Shown: positions 1 through 8,624, counted from the stretch's first letter. The stretch: DNA of 64,000 bases from an uncultured Chloroflexia bacterium (GCA_963750025.1 CAVVPF010000002.1:20081-84080), one strand, 5' to 3'. Notes: a model not told the origin generated them from the letters alone. Translations and numbers: made by a program.

Positions 1-224
1 CGGGATCCAGGCGTTCTCGTCGTGACGCGCCGCGGGTGCACGGTGACGTCGCGCAGGGGCTCGGCCCCAGGGCGGACGCGCCGTTCGCCGAGGAGGTGCT
101 GCCCACCCGCCGGCGGGGCCGCGCACCGCGGCCCGGCCCCGCAGAAACCAACCCTCGTATACTGGATTCGACTCCCTGCCTCCGCGCCGCCGGACGGCGC
201 GGCAGGGCAGGCCGCGAGGGGCCC

Positions 225-2918
225 ATGAGCACCGTCCATCTCGAGCGGATCTTCCGTCCCCGCTCCGTCGCCGTTGTCGGCGCCAACAACCGGCCGCAGC
301 GCGTCGGCAACGTCATCATGCGCAACCTCCTCGCCGGCGGCTTCGACGGGCCGATCATGCCGGTGAACCCGCGCTACGACGCGGTCGCGGGCGTGCTCAC
401 CTATCCCGACGTCGCGAGCCTCCCGCGCACGCCCGATCTCGCGATCCTCTGCACGCCCCCGGACACCGATCCCGGACCTCGTGGACGAGCTCGGGGCGGT
501 CGGCACGCGGGCCGTCATGGTGGTGGCGCGCGGGCTCGGGACGCTGCGCGGCCCGGACGGACGGACCATCGAGGAGCGCACGCTCCTCACCGCCCGCCAG
601 CACGGCATCCGGATCGTGGGCGGCGGCACGCTCGGCATCCTGTCGCCGAACATCGGGCTGAACGCGAGCTTCGCGCGGGTCCCCGCGCTCCCCGGCAACC
701 TCGGCTTCGTCTCGCAATCGGACGCCGTCGGAACGCTCCTGCTCGACTGGGCGCACCCGCGGCGCGTCGGCTTCTCCCACTTCGTCTCGCTCGGCGACGC
801 CGCGGACGTCGGGTTCGGCGAGGTCCTCGACTACCTCGGGAGCGATCCGGACACGCGCGCGATCCTGCTGTACGTCGAGTCCCTGCGCGAGCGCCGGAGC
901 TTCATGGCGGCCGCGCGCGGCGCGGCGCGCAACAAGCCGGTCCTCGCCATCAAGGCCGGCCGCGGCGCCGCGCGGATTGGCGCGCCGTCCGCGATCTCCG
1001 CGGACACGCTCTCGCTCGTGGAGCCCGACGACGTCTTCGATGCCGCCCTCCGCCGCGCCGGCATCGTGCGGGTCCGCGACATCGGCGAGCTGTTCGACGC
1101 CGTCCAGACGCTCGCGCACGCGCGGCCGCTCTCCGGGGAGCGCCTCGCGGTCGTCAGCAACGGCGGCGGCGTCGGCCTCATCGTCGCGGACGAGCTCGAC
1201 GCCGGCGGCCTCGGGGTGGCGGGGCTTTCCCCCGCGCTCGTCTCTCGGCTCAGGCCGGTCATGCCTCCCGGCTGGGACGGGCGCGACCCGCTCGACATCC
1301 TGGTCGACGCGCCGGCGGACCGCTACGCGCGCCGTCCTCGAGGTCCTCCTCGACGAGCAAGGAGTTCGACGCGGTGCTCGCGATCCACACGCCGAGCACG
1401 CTCGCCAGCAGCACCGAGATCGCCCGCGCGGTCATCCGCACGATCGCGGCCGCCCGCGGCGGCAAGCGTCCTCGCCTCGTTCGGCGGCGGCGAGAGCGTC
1501 GCGGCCGGCGCGGCAGCTGCTGGTCGAGGCGGGCGTGCCCCTCTTCGACACGCCCGCCGAGGCCGCCCGCGCCTTCCGCACCATCGTGAACCATCGGCGC
1601 AGCTCGGAGGCGCTCATCCAGATCCCGCCCTCCGATCCCGGCGGAGTTCCAGGTCGATCGCGAGGCGGCCCGGCGGATCATCCGCGCCGCGCTCGACGAG
1701 GGGCGGGACTTCCTCAGGGTGATGGAGACGGTGGGGGTCCTGCGCGCCTACGGCATCCCGGTGTGCGAGATCCAGGTGGTCGAGACGCCGGAGCAGGCCG
1801 GGCGCGTCGCACGCACGCTCGGATTCCCCGTGGACCTCGCCATCCGCTCGCCCCAGATCCGGCGCAAGCGCGAGGTCGGCGGGACCGCCCGCTCGCTCGA
1901 GAGCGCGGAGGCGGTCGAGGAGGCGCGCGCGCAGCATGGTCGCGCGGGTGACCGAGTGGAGGCCCGACGCCCACGTGACCGGGTTCGCCGTGCAGCGCGT
2001 GCAGCCGCGGCGCTATGCCCGGGAGCTCTTCGTCGGCGCCGCCGTGGACCCGCTGTTCGGTCCCGTCATGCTGTTCGGCGAGGGCCGCGACACCGAGCTC
2101 CTCCGCGACTTCGCGGTCGGGCTGCCGCCGCTCAACCTGCACCTCGCGCGCGAGCTGGTGTCGCGCACGCGGGTCGCCGCGTTGCTGGAGGCGAGCCCGA
2201 ACCGGCCGGCCGCCGACGTGGACGCGATCTGCCTCACGCTGATGAAGCTGTCTCAGCTCGTCGCCGACGTCCCCGAGATTGTGCGAGATCGACGTGAACC
2301 CGCTCCTCGCCGACGAGCGCGGCGTGCTGGCCGTGGGGGGCTACATGGCGGTCGCCCGGGCGGCCGGGCGCGGCGCCGAGCGGCTCGCGATCCAGCCCTA
2401 CCCCGAGGGCCTCGAGGAGACGGTGTCGCTCAAGGACGGCACGGCCGTGACGCTGCGCCCGGTCCGGCCCGAGGACGAGCCCGCGCACAGCGAGTTCATC
2501 ACGCGCCTGTCGCCCGAGGACAGCCGCTTCCGCTTCTTCCACTACGTCCGCTCGATGCCGCACACGCAGCTCGCCCGGCTCACGCAGATCGACTACGACC
2601 GCGAGATGGCGTTCGTCGCGACGCGGCGCGGGCCAAAGGGCGAGGAGACGATCGGCGTCGTCCGGACCGTCGCCGACCCGGAGAACGAGACCGCCGAGCT
2701 GTCGATCGTGGTCCGCTCCGACCTCAAGCGGCGCGGCCTCGGCTCGCACCTCCTGCGCAAGGCCATCGAGTACTGCCGCAGCCGCGGCACGAAGGAGCTC
2801 GCTGGGGACGTCCTCGCCGGGAACGACGCGATGCTCGAGCTGGCGCAAGCGGTTCAAGGGCTTCACCCTGTCCGACTCGGACGAGGAAGGCATCGTCCGC
2901 ATCTCGCAAAAGCTGTGA
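225..2918 (+). pseudogene. Bifunctional ADP-forming acyl-CoA synthetase-like / GNAT protein acetyltransferase (Pat-type), broken by many frameshifts
   Basis: The CoA-binding N-terminus (MSTVHLERIFRPRSVAVVGAN), the ligase-CoA and ATP-grasp segments (GFVSQSDAVG, LYVESLRERRSF, VVSNGGGVGL, VLRAYGIPV) and the C-terminal GNAT (RRGLGSHLLRKAIEYCR ... RISQKL stop at 2916-2918) are scattered over all three + frames. They fall in ORFs 36-1589, 481-1722, 977-1951, 1719-2297, 1936-3180 and 2279-4093, which implies at least 8 frame switches. Confidence 0.7.
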
Positions 2919-2929
2919 GGAGGCACGCC

Positions 2930-4035
2930 ATGGCCGAGGCCTGGATCATCGACGCGGTGCGCACGCCCATCGGGCGCGTGGGCGGGCAGCTCGCCGGGCG
3001 TGCGTCCCGACGACCTCGCGGCCGTGCCGCTGCGGGCGGTGCTCGCCCGGTCCGGCGTGCCGGCGAGCGAGGTGGAGGACGTGCTGCTCGGCTGCGCGAA
3101 CCAGGGCGGCGAGGACAGCCGGAACGTGGCGCGCATGGCGGCGCTCCTGGCCGGCTACCCGGAGTCGGTGCCTGCCGTGACGGTGAACCGGCTGTGCGCC
3201 TCGGGGCTCGAGGCGGTCGCGCAGGCGGCGCGCGCGATCGTCGCCGGAGAGGGCCACGTGTTCGTGGCGGGAGGCGTCGAGTCGATGTCCCGCGCTCCGC
3301 TGGCGATGGCGAGGCCCGAGCGGGCCTACCCCCGCGGCAACGTCACGCTGTACGACACCGCCCTCGGCTGGCGCTGGACGAACCCTCGCCTCGAGGAGCT
3401 CGGGCACACCGACTCCCTCGGGCAGACCGCGGAGAACCTCGCGGTGGAGGGTCACATCGGCCGGGAGCAGCAGGACCGCTTCGCGCTCCAGAGCCACCGG
3501 AAGGCGATCGCGGCGCAGGACGCCGGTTCGTTCGAGGGCGAGCTCGTGCCGGTCGAGACCAAGGGCGGCAAGGTGATCGCGGACGAGTGCCCGCGGCGCG
3601 ACACCACCCTCGAGCGGCTCGGCAAGCTCGAGCCCGCCTTCGCGAAGGGCGGGACCGTCACGGCCGGCAACTCGAGCCCGCTCAACGACGGCGCGGCGGC
3701 GCTCCTCCTCACCTCCGACACCTACGCCCGCGCGCACGGGCTCGAGCCGCTCGCACGCGTCCGCGCGAGCGCCGTCGCCGGCGTCCCGCCGCGCATCATG
3801 GGCATCGGCCCGGTCCCTGCCGCCAGGAGCGCCCTCGCGCGGGCGCGGCTCGGCTTCGGCGACCTCGGGGTCATCGAGCTGAACGAGGCGTTCGCAGCGC
3901 AGTCGCTCGCGGTCCTCGCGGGGTGGGGGCTCACCTCCGACGACGCTCGGGTGAACCCGGACGGCGGCGCCATCGCGCTCGGACACCCGCTCGGTTGCTC
4001 GGGCGCACGCATCCTGACGACGCTCATCCAGCTCG
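2930..4035 (+). pseudogene. Acetyl-CoA C-acetyltransferase (thiolase), frameshift near 3000 and 3' end missing
   Basis: GAGGAGG SD then ATG at 2930 (MAEAWIIDAVRTPIGRVGG). It continues in another frame from about 3000 (RPDDLAAV..NRLCASGLEA..GNSSPLNDGAAA..NPDGGAIALGHPLGCSGARILTTLI). The usual last 25-30 residues, including the CIGGGQG-type motif, are absent. After about 4035 the frame reads antisense of the neighbouring ATPase gene. Confidence 0.8.
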
Positions 4036-4766
4036 AGGTTGCCGACCGACACATGCCGGAACATGCGCTCGGCATAGGTCCGCGCCCGCTTGAGATTGAG
4101 GCTCAGGGTGGGGAGCCCGCACAGGATGAGCCGCACGCGCTGATGCTCGCGCTGAACGGCGCCGAGCGCCGCCAGGAGCGTCGATAGCGGGAACCGCTCG
4201 CGGCCGCGGTCGTCGGCAAGCAGATGGGCCTCGTCGTACAGCAGGATGGCGCCGGGTCGCTCGGTATGGCTGAGCACCGAGTCGAGCTGACCGAAGGCGT
4301 TGCCCATGACGTCGGCCGCTGCGGGCGCGTCGTCGGTATACGACGGATCAATGCTCACTTGGCCGACGCGGATCCGCTTCGGTCGCAGCCAGCGCGCTCC
4401 GCGCTCGACCGCCTGTCCGACCGCTGCCAGCGCATCGGCACGCCCGATCAGAGCTTTGCAGTCTTCGGCGATGGCCTCGGCCAAGCGAACGTCATCACGG
4501 TGGCGGTCGCCCAGCTCACGCCGCAGGGTCAGCCAGCCGGCACGCTCCGAGCGAGTGGCGAACTCGCCGAGGAGCACCGTCTTGCCAGTGCCGCGCAGGC
4601 CGGTCAGCGCCCAGTTGGCATGCAGCGGTGGTTGCTCCAGCAGCCAGTCCTCGAAAGTGGCCAACAGCCAGTCACGGCCCGCCAGGTACGGCGGCGGAAC
4701 GCCGTTGCCGGGCCGGAACGGGTTGGGCAGCGGATTCGGTTGTCGGGCGAGCGCCGAACCGTTCAT
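4036..4766 (-). CDS. P-loop NTPase (AAA_16/Orc1-Cdc6/STAND-like ATP-binding protein), C-terminally truncated at the 4035 junction
   Basis: MNGSALARQ start at 4766. Walker A is GLRGTGKT and Walker B is ILLYDEAH, preceded by the LAGRDWLL helix typical of STAND/AAA_16 N-termini. The recognisable sequence stops at ..RMFRHVSVGNLE, where the ORF runs into antisense thiolase. Confidence 0.6.
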
Positions 4767-4857
4767 CGCATCGTCTCTCTTGTTGATTGGTTGGATCGGC
4801 CGGGGAGCGCCGCATGGCGCCTCCCCGGCCTGAGTCCTCACCTCATCGGTAACCGCC

Positions 4858-5552
4858 CTACGCCGCGGGCTGCCTCTGGCGGAACCACGAGCGCGATCTC
4901 ATCGCGTTCGCGATCACGTCGAGGTACACCTCGGAGTAGGCCACGCTGCCGCGCTCGAGCACCGCCCACAGGCAGTTGAGCATCGCGCTGGCGACCATCA
5001 GGTTGGTGACCACCAGCTGGGGTCGTTCCTCGGCCTGCCGCTCGCAGCCGTTGCGGGCCGCGAACTCGGCTTCGGTGGCCCGGCCGATCTCCACGTGGAT
5101 CTCGGCCAGGGACCGTCGACGAACTGACCACCCCGGCGGCGGACGAGTTGGACGTTGCCGTCGGTCTCGTCGTTGCCGCCGCTGATGAGGGTCACTTCCT
5201 GCAGACCGGCGAGATGCCGGTCGACCAGGAAGCGGCTCCAGTGGTTGTCGACCGCCAGCAGGACCAGGTCGCCGTCACGAATGATCTCCGCGACGTTCTC
5301 GTCCGTCAGGTAGTCGGCCACCGCCTGCACCGTCAGCCCCCGATACACCTCGGCCAAGGCCTCGGCCTTGTTCACACCGATGGCGCTCTCGGGGAAGACC
5401 TGCCGCGTCCGATTGCCGGGCTCGTAGGCGTCGCCGTCGACGAGCACCAGCAGCGGGCGCGGCTCTGGCCGAATGGCCAGGTAGCGGACCAGGCTCGGCA
5501 GCAGCTGAGAGCCGATGCCGCCCAGTCCTACCAGGACGATGCGCTCAGGCAT
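4858..5552 (-). CDS. ThiF/MoeB-family E1-like (ubiquitin-activating-like) protein, about 231 aa, one frameshift as sequenced near 5110
   Basis: AAAGGAGG SD then ATG at 5552. Rossmann motif is MPERIVLVGLGGIGSQ, followed by VDGDAYEPGNRTRQ. The C-terminal half (LAEIHVEIGRATEAEFAARNGCERQ...) is in ORF 4858-5094. One extra C in the CCC run (complement of GGG 5109-5111) would restore a single frame. Confidence 0.75.
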
Positions 5553-6396
5553 CGTGGGTTCCTCCTTTGGCAGCCGGCGTCGCGATCGGCGTCAGCTGGT
5601 ACATCAGGGACAGGCCCAGCTCGCTGGCGAGCTCGGTGGCGTCGCTCAGCAGGCCGTCCAGGAAGCCCTGGTCGGACCACCTCCACACCGGACGTGTCTT
5701 CGAGGACAACGCCCGGCCATCGGTTGGTCCGTGGCCGTTCGGCTTGGCCTTCGCCTGCTTCGGCTCGGCCACGATCGGCTTCACCCGCTCCAGCCAGTTG
5801 GCCGGAGGTGAGGTGAAGCGTCGTGGCCGCTGCAGCACCAGCGCGGTGCGGCAACCGAAGCGCCGGCTGTCGACGACGATCGCGGCCGAGTAGCTCGGCC
5901 GCCGCTGGTCGATGTCGCCGACCACGACGTGGATGCCGTCGAAGTCGGCCTCGTCGGCCTCGTCGGTCGCGCTCGCGAAGGCGCTCAGCGCGCCGTGGCT
6001 GTGGATCGAGCCGATGAGACGCACCCCGGCGGGCACGTCCTCCGACTTGAGCCGGTGCTTGACGGTGGCCATCCCGGCGCTCTGCTCCGGCACCACGAGT
6101 CCGAACGACTCGCCGTCCCAGGTCAGCAGCGCCAGCGCCTCCGAGCGCTGCCGCGACCAGATGGCGCGGAAGAAGCCGACCACCTGGGCCATCAGCGCAG
6201 CGGGCACCTTGGGGAGTGCGTACTCCAGGTACTCGCGCGCCGCCGGCAGGTGGGCGACGGTGTCGACGTGCGTTTGGCTCAGCCCCAGCAGGCTGCGCTT
6301 GCGCAGGTAGATCCCGTCGCGGGCCACCAGGAAGGCGGGGAGCGCCGGCTCCTCGGCGGCCGACTCGTCGACCGCCACGATCGGGAACAGGCTCAT
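5545..6396 (-). CDS. JAB/MPN (JAMM) metallopeptidase-domain protein, 283 aa
   Basis: JAMM motif HSH-GALSAFA-S-AT-D (HxHx7SxxD) within LIGSIHSHGALSAFASATDEADE. GGAGGTG SD then ATG at 6396, overlapping the upstream stop as ATGA. An approximately 120-aa C-terminal extension has no domain I recognise. Confidence 0.8.
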   Translation of the reverse strand: MSLFPIVAVDESAAEEPALPAFLVARDGIYLRKRSLLGLSQTHVDTVAHLPAAREYLEYALPKVPAALMAQVVGFFRAIWSRQRSEALALLTWDGESFGLVVPEQSAGMATVKHRLKSEDVPAGVRLIGSIHSHGALSAFASATDEADEADFDGIHVVVGDIDQRRPSYSAAIVVDSRRFGCRTALVLQRPRRFTSPPANWLERVKPIVAEPKQAKAKPNGHGPTDGRALSSKTRPVWRWSDQGFLDGLLSDATELASELGLSLMYQLTPIATPAAKGGTHDA

Positions 6397-6656
6397 GGCT
6401 CCACCTCCCGGTCCGGCAGCCACAGGACCATCCGCTCCAGGTGAGCGAAGCGCCGGAACTCGACCAGCCGCTCGTCGCGGAGGGGAAACCCTCCGTCCCG
6501 CAGCAGCTTGGCCGCCACGGCGAAGGCCGCGGAGGCCAGCTCGCCGGGGATCGAGCCATCGGTGGCGTACACCGCCCGGCGTGCGCCGAGCAATGTCGTC
6601 ACGCGAGTGCTCTCAACCGTCCGGCAGCGGACCATCGGCTCAAGCAGCCGCTGCAT
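6393..6656 (-). CDS. Small hypothetical protein (87 aa) embedded in the Ubl/E2/JAB/E1 cassette
   Basis: AAGGAGG SD 8 nt before ATG at 6656 (MQRLLEPMVRC...). The start lies inside the E2-like gene's last codons and the stop overlaps the JAB start (ATGA at 6393-6396). I recognise no motif. Confidence 0.55.
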   Translation of the reverse strand: MQRLLEPMVRCRTVESTRVTTLLGARRAVYATDGSIPGELASAAFAVAAKLLRDGGFPLRDERLVEFRRFAHLERMVLWLPDREVEP

Positions 6657-7416
6657 GGGAGTCACCTCCTTGCGGTTGCGGCGCCTGCTCCGGCGGCGGT
6701 GTCTCCACCGTCGCCTGGCCGCTGCCGATCGGCGCTCCCGGCAGGTCCTCGACCGTCATGCCGGCCGCCGCGGCCACCACTTGGCGCAGGGTGCGCCAGT
6801 AGCGGTCGTATGGGGCCGACAGGCCGGCCAGCGGATCCCGTCGCGAGCGCGACGCCCACGACCGGAAGCCACCGCTGAACGGCAGCGGGTGACGCCGGAT
6901 GTCGGCGTTGAAACGGCTCGACCAAAACGCTCCGATGAGCGCCTCGATCCGTTCGGCGCCGCTGTCGCCGGCCACGTGCACCGACCCCAGGCAGACGATG
7001 CCGTCGTCGGAGGTGTTGGGCAGGCAGCTGTGCTCGAGCGGATCGTCGAGCGATCGCAGCGGGCTGGTGCGGAAGAAGTTCATGACGCTCTCGATGCGGT
7101 CGGCCACACTCGAGACCACGAACACCACATACGGGAAGCTGAGCCGGTACTCGACCGGCTCTGAGCCGTAGCGTCGTGAGGCGTGGTACTCGATCTGGCG
7201 CCGCATCGGGAGCTGTTCGACCACGAACACCTCCCGCCCCTCGGGCGAGCGAACCCAGAAGCGGCAGCCGGCGGGCAGCAGACCGCTGCACGCCGACCGC
7301 TGCTCGGCCAGCCGGGACAGAAGGTCGTCGAGCGCGACTTCGCGTTCGGTTACCTCGGTCACCAGCGTGGCCAGGTCGCCCTCCATGCGCAGGTACTTGC
7401 GCGAATGCATGGACAT
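6640..7416 (-). CDS. UBC/E2-like protein (prokaryotic E2 family), 258 aa
   Basis: The segment HSCLPNTSDDGIVCLGSV has the Asn-to-Cys spacing and the G-x-(I/V)-C-L context of the eukaryotic E2 active site HPN-x7-C. GAGGAGAGGAG SD precedes ATG at 7416. It sits between Ubl-like and JAB/E1 genes. Confidence 0.7.
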   Translation of the reverse strand: MSMHSRKYLRMEGDLATLVTEVTEREVALDDLLSRLAEQRSACSGLLPAGCRFWVRSPEGREVFVVEQLPMRRQIEYHASRRYGSEPVEYRLSFPYVVFVVSSVADRIESVMNFFRTSPLRSLDDPLEHSCLPNTSDDGIVCLGSVHVAGDSGAERIEALIGAFWSSRFNADIRRHPLPFSGGFRSWASRSRRDPLAGLSAPYDRYWRTLRQVVAAAAGMTVEDLPGAPIGSGQATVETPPPEQAPQPQGGDSHAAAA

Positions 7417-7506
7417 CGTTGAGCTCCTCTCCTCTTGGAGCCTCGGGCGACCCGGAGCGCACCGCGTGGTACGCCCTGGATCGCCAGCGGCCCATCGGTC
7501 GGCGTC

Positions 7507-7743
7507 TCAGGCGGCGAGGCCCTTGACTCCGGCCGGCTTGAGGAACTCGATCTCGTCGCCGGCGCGCACGAGGTGGTCATCGGCCACCTTCTGGCCGTTG
7601 ACGCTGACCGTCGTCTCGCGCGGCAGGTTGAGCACCTGCTCCAGCATCTTCCAGATGCCGCGGATGCTCTTCCCTCCCAGATCGAGGCTGAGCTCGTTGA
7701 CGCCGTACACGACCTTGCAGGTCGTGTCCTCGTAGGTCTGCAC
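7507..7743 (-). CDS. Ubiquitin-like beta-grasp (ThiS/MoaD-like) protein, 78 aa
   Basis: AAGGAG-N7-GTG start at 7743. The sequence VQTYEDTTCKVVYGVNELSLDLGG...VSVNGQKVADDHLVRAGDEIEFLKPAGVKGLAA has the VNG...GDEIE pattern of ThiS/MoaD-fold proteins. The longer ORF-track start at 7824 has no SD. Confidence 0.65.
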   Translation of the reverse strand: MQTYEDTTCKVVYGVNELSLDLGGKSIRGIWKMLEQVLNLPRETTVSVNGQKVADDHLVRAGDEIEFLKPAGVKGLAA

Positions 7744-8438
7744 GATTGATCTCCTTGGTGCTTCACGGTGTCGCGAACACGAAGCAGGACCGGGCAGTCC
7801 ACGAGGTGCGTTCGCACGTGCCACCTCGCTCGCCGATGCCGCACGCCGTGCGGCCGAGCCCGGTCCGGAGCGCGTCCTTGAGGAACGATCAGCGGCGGGC
7901 GCTCACCGCCGGTGCCGATCGAGACAGCTGAGGGCATCCCTCCTTTCCTGGCGCGGAGACTTCCGCCGCCGATGGCGGAGCGAGCCCGGCTGTGATCGAT
8001 CGCACGAGCGAGAGAACGTCCCGATGTCCGAGACGGCCCGACGCACCCGCCCTCATCGAGAGCGAGCGCAGTCGAGCCGAAGCGAGACATCGAAAGGAGC
8101 GTTCCTCGCAGACATGCCGATCAGTCGACCGAGCCCGCCCCTGTCGGGGCGGAGGCGCCGTGGTGGTGCGTGCGCATCGCGCGTTCGAGGCGAAGCGCGA
8201 ATGGCAGCGTGTATGCGGTTGTTAAGGTGAGCTATCGTCTCCCGAGCCCGTATTCAGGCCCGACGCCGACACTGGTGGGATCGCGGCGGTTAGCCGCGGG
8301 AGTCCGTGGCGGGAGGCTCCGCCATCCTCGATCTGAGGTGTGGCGGCGGCCGGTCAACCCGCTGCTTTGAGAGAGCCAGCCTTGAGACCGGCCGCCGTGA
8401 TCGAGGTTAGCCCTCGTGAGCACCAGAATCAAGACCTA

Positions 8439-8462
8439 GTGTGTGAGGAAGTGTGTGAGGAA
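8439..8462. repeat. Perfect tandem duplication GTGTGTGAGGAA x2
   Basis: Read directly at 8439-8450 and 8451-8462. Confidence 0.9.
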
Positions 8463-8583
8463 TGAGCCTTTCGACGGGGAGCTCTCGTCAAGAGGTGTGG
8501 CGATTCCCTTCCGCACCTCGCTTGGCTCAAACGGCTGACACCTCCTCCACCGGCGGCACATACTCAGTTTGAGCGTGAAACGC

Positions 8584-8624
8584 GCGCCCGTAGCTCAGCG
8601 GACAGAGCGGGTGGCTTCGGACCA
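8584..8624 (+). pseudogene. 5' half of a tRNA-Arg(TCG) gene, truncated after the anticodon loop
   Basis: GCGCCCG-TA-GCTC-AGCGGACA-GAGC-G-GGTGG-CTTCGGA-CCA gives the acceptor 5' arm, a complete D-arm, the anticodon stem 5' arm and a loop with anticodon TCG. The 3' anticodon stem pairs for only 3 bp, and no T-arm (GGTTCGAATCC-like) follows. Confidence 0.5.

Noticed and set aside
4030-4036. CTCGAG (an XhoI site) exactly at the thiolase/ATPase junction as a possible cloning scar.
   Set aside because: CTCGAG is a frequent hexamer throughout this GC-rich window, so its presence at the junction is not informative.
7744-7950. A strong SD-like GGAAAGGAGGG followed by ATG (minus strand, ATG near 7935) upstream of the Ubl gene.
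   Set aside because: The ORF it opens (MPSAVSIGTGGERPPLIV...) runs out of frame through the Ubl gene and has no recognisable domain. With the indel noise it could be a degraded extra cassette gene, but I cannot support a call.
8230-8420. Possible structured RNA (tmRNA, RNase P, SRP RNA or group II intron domain V) in the hairpin-rich segment.
   Set aside because: None of the conserved cores is present: GGAAAGUCCGG for RNase P, GGAAGCAGCC for SRP, the tmRNA tRNA-like ends, or the domain V GAGCCGUAU..ACGGUUC hairpin. It is kept only as an unexplained hairpin cluster.
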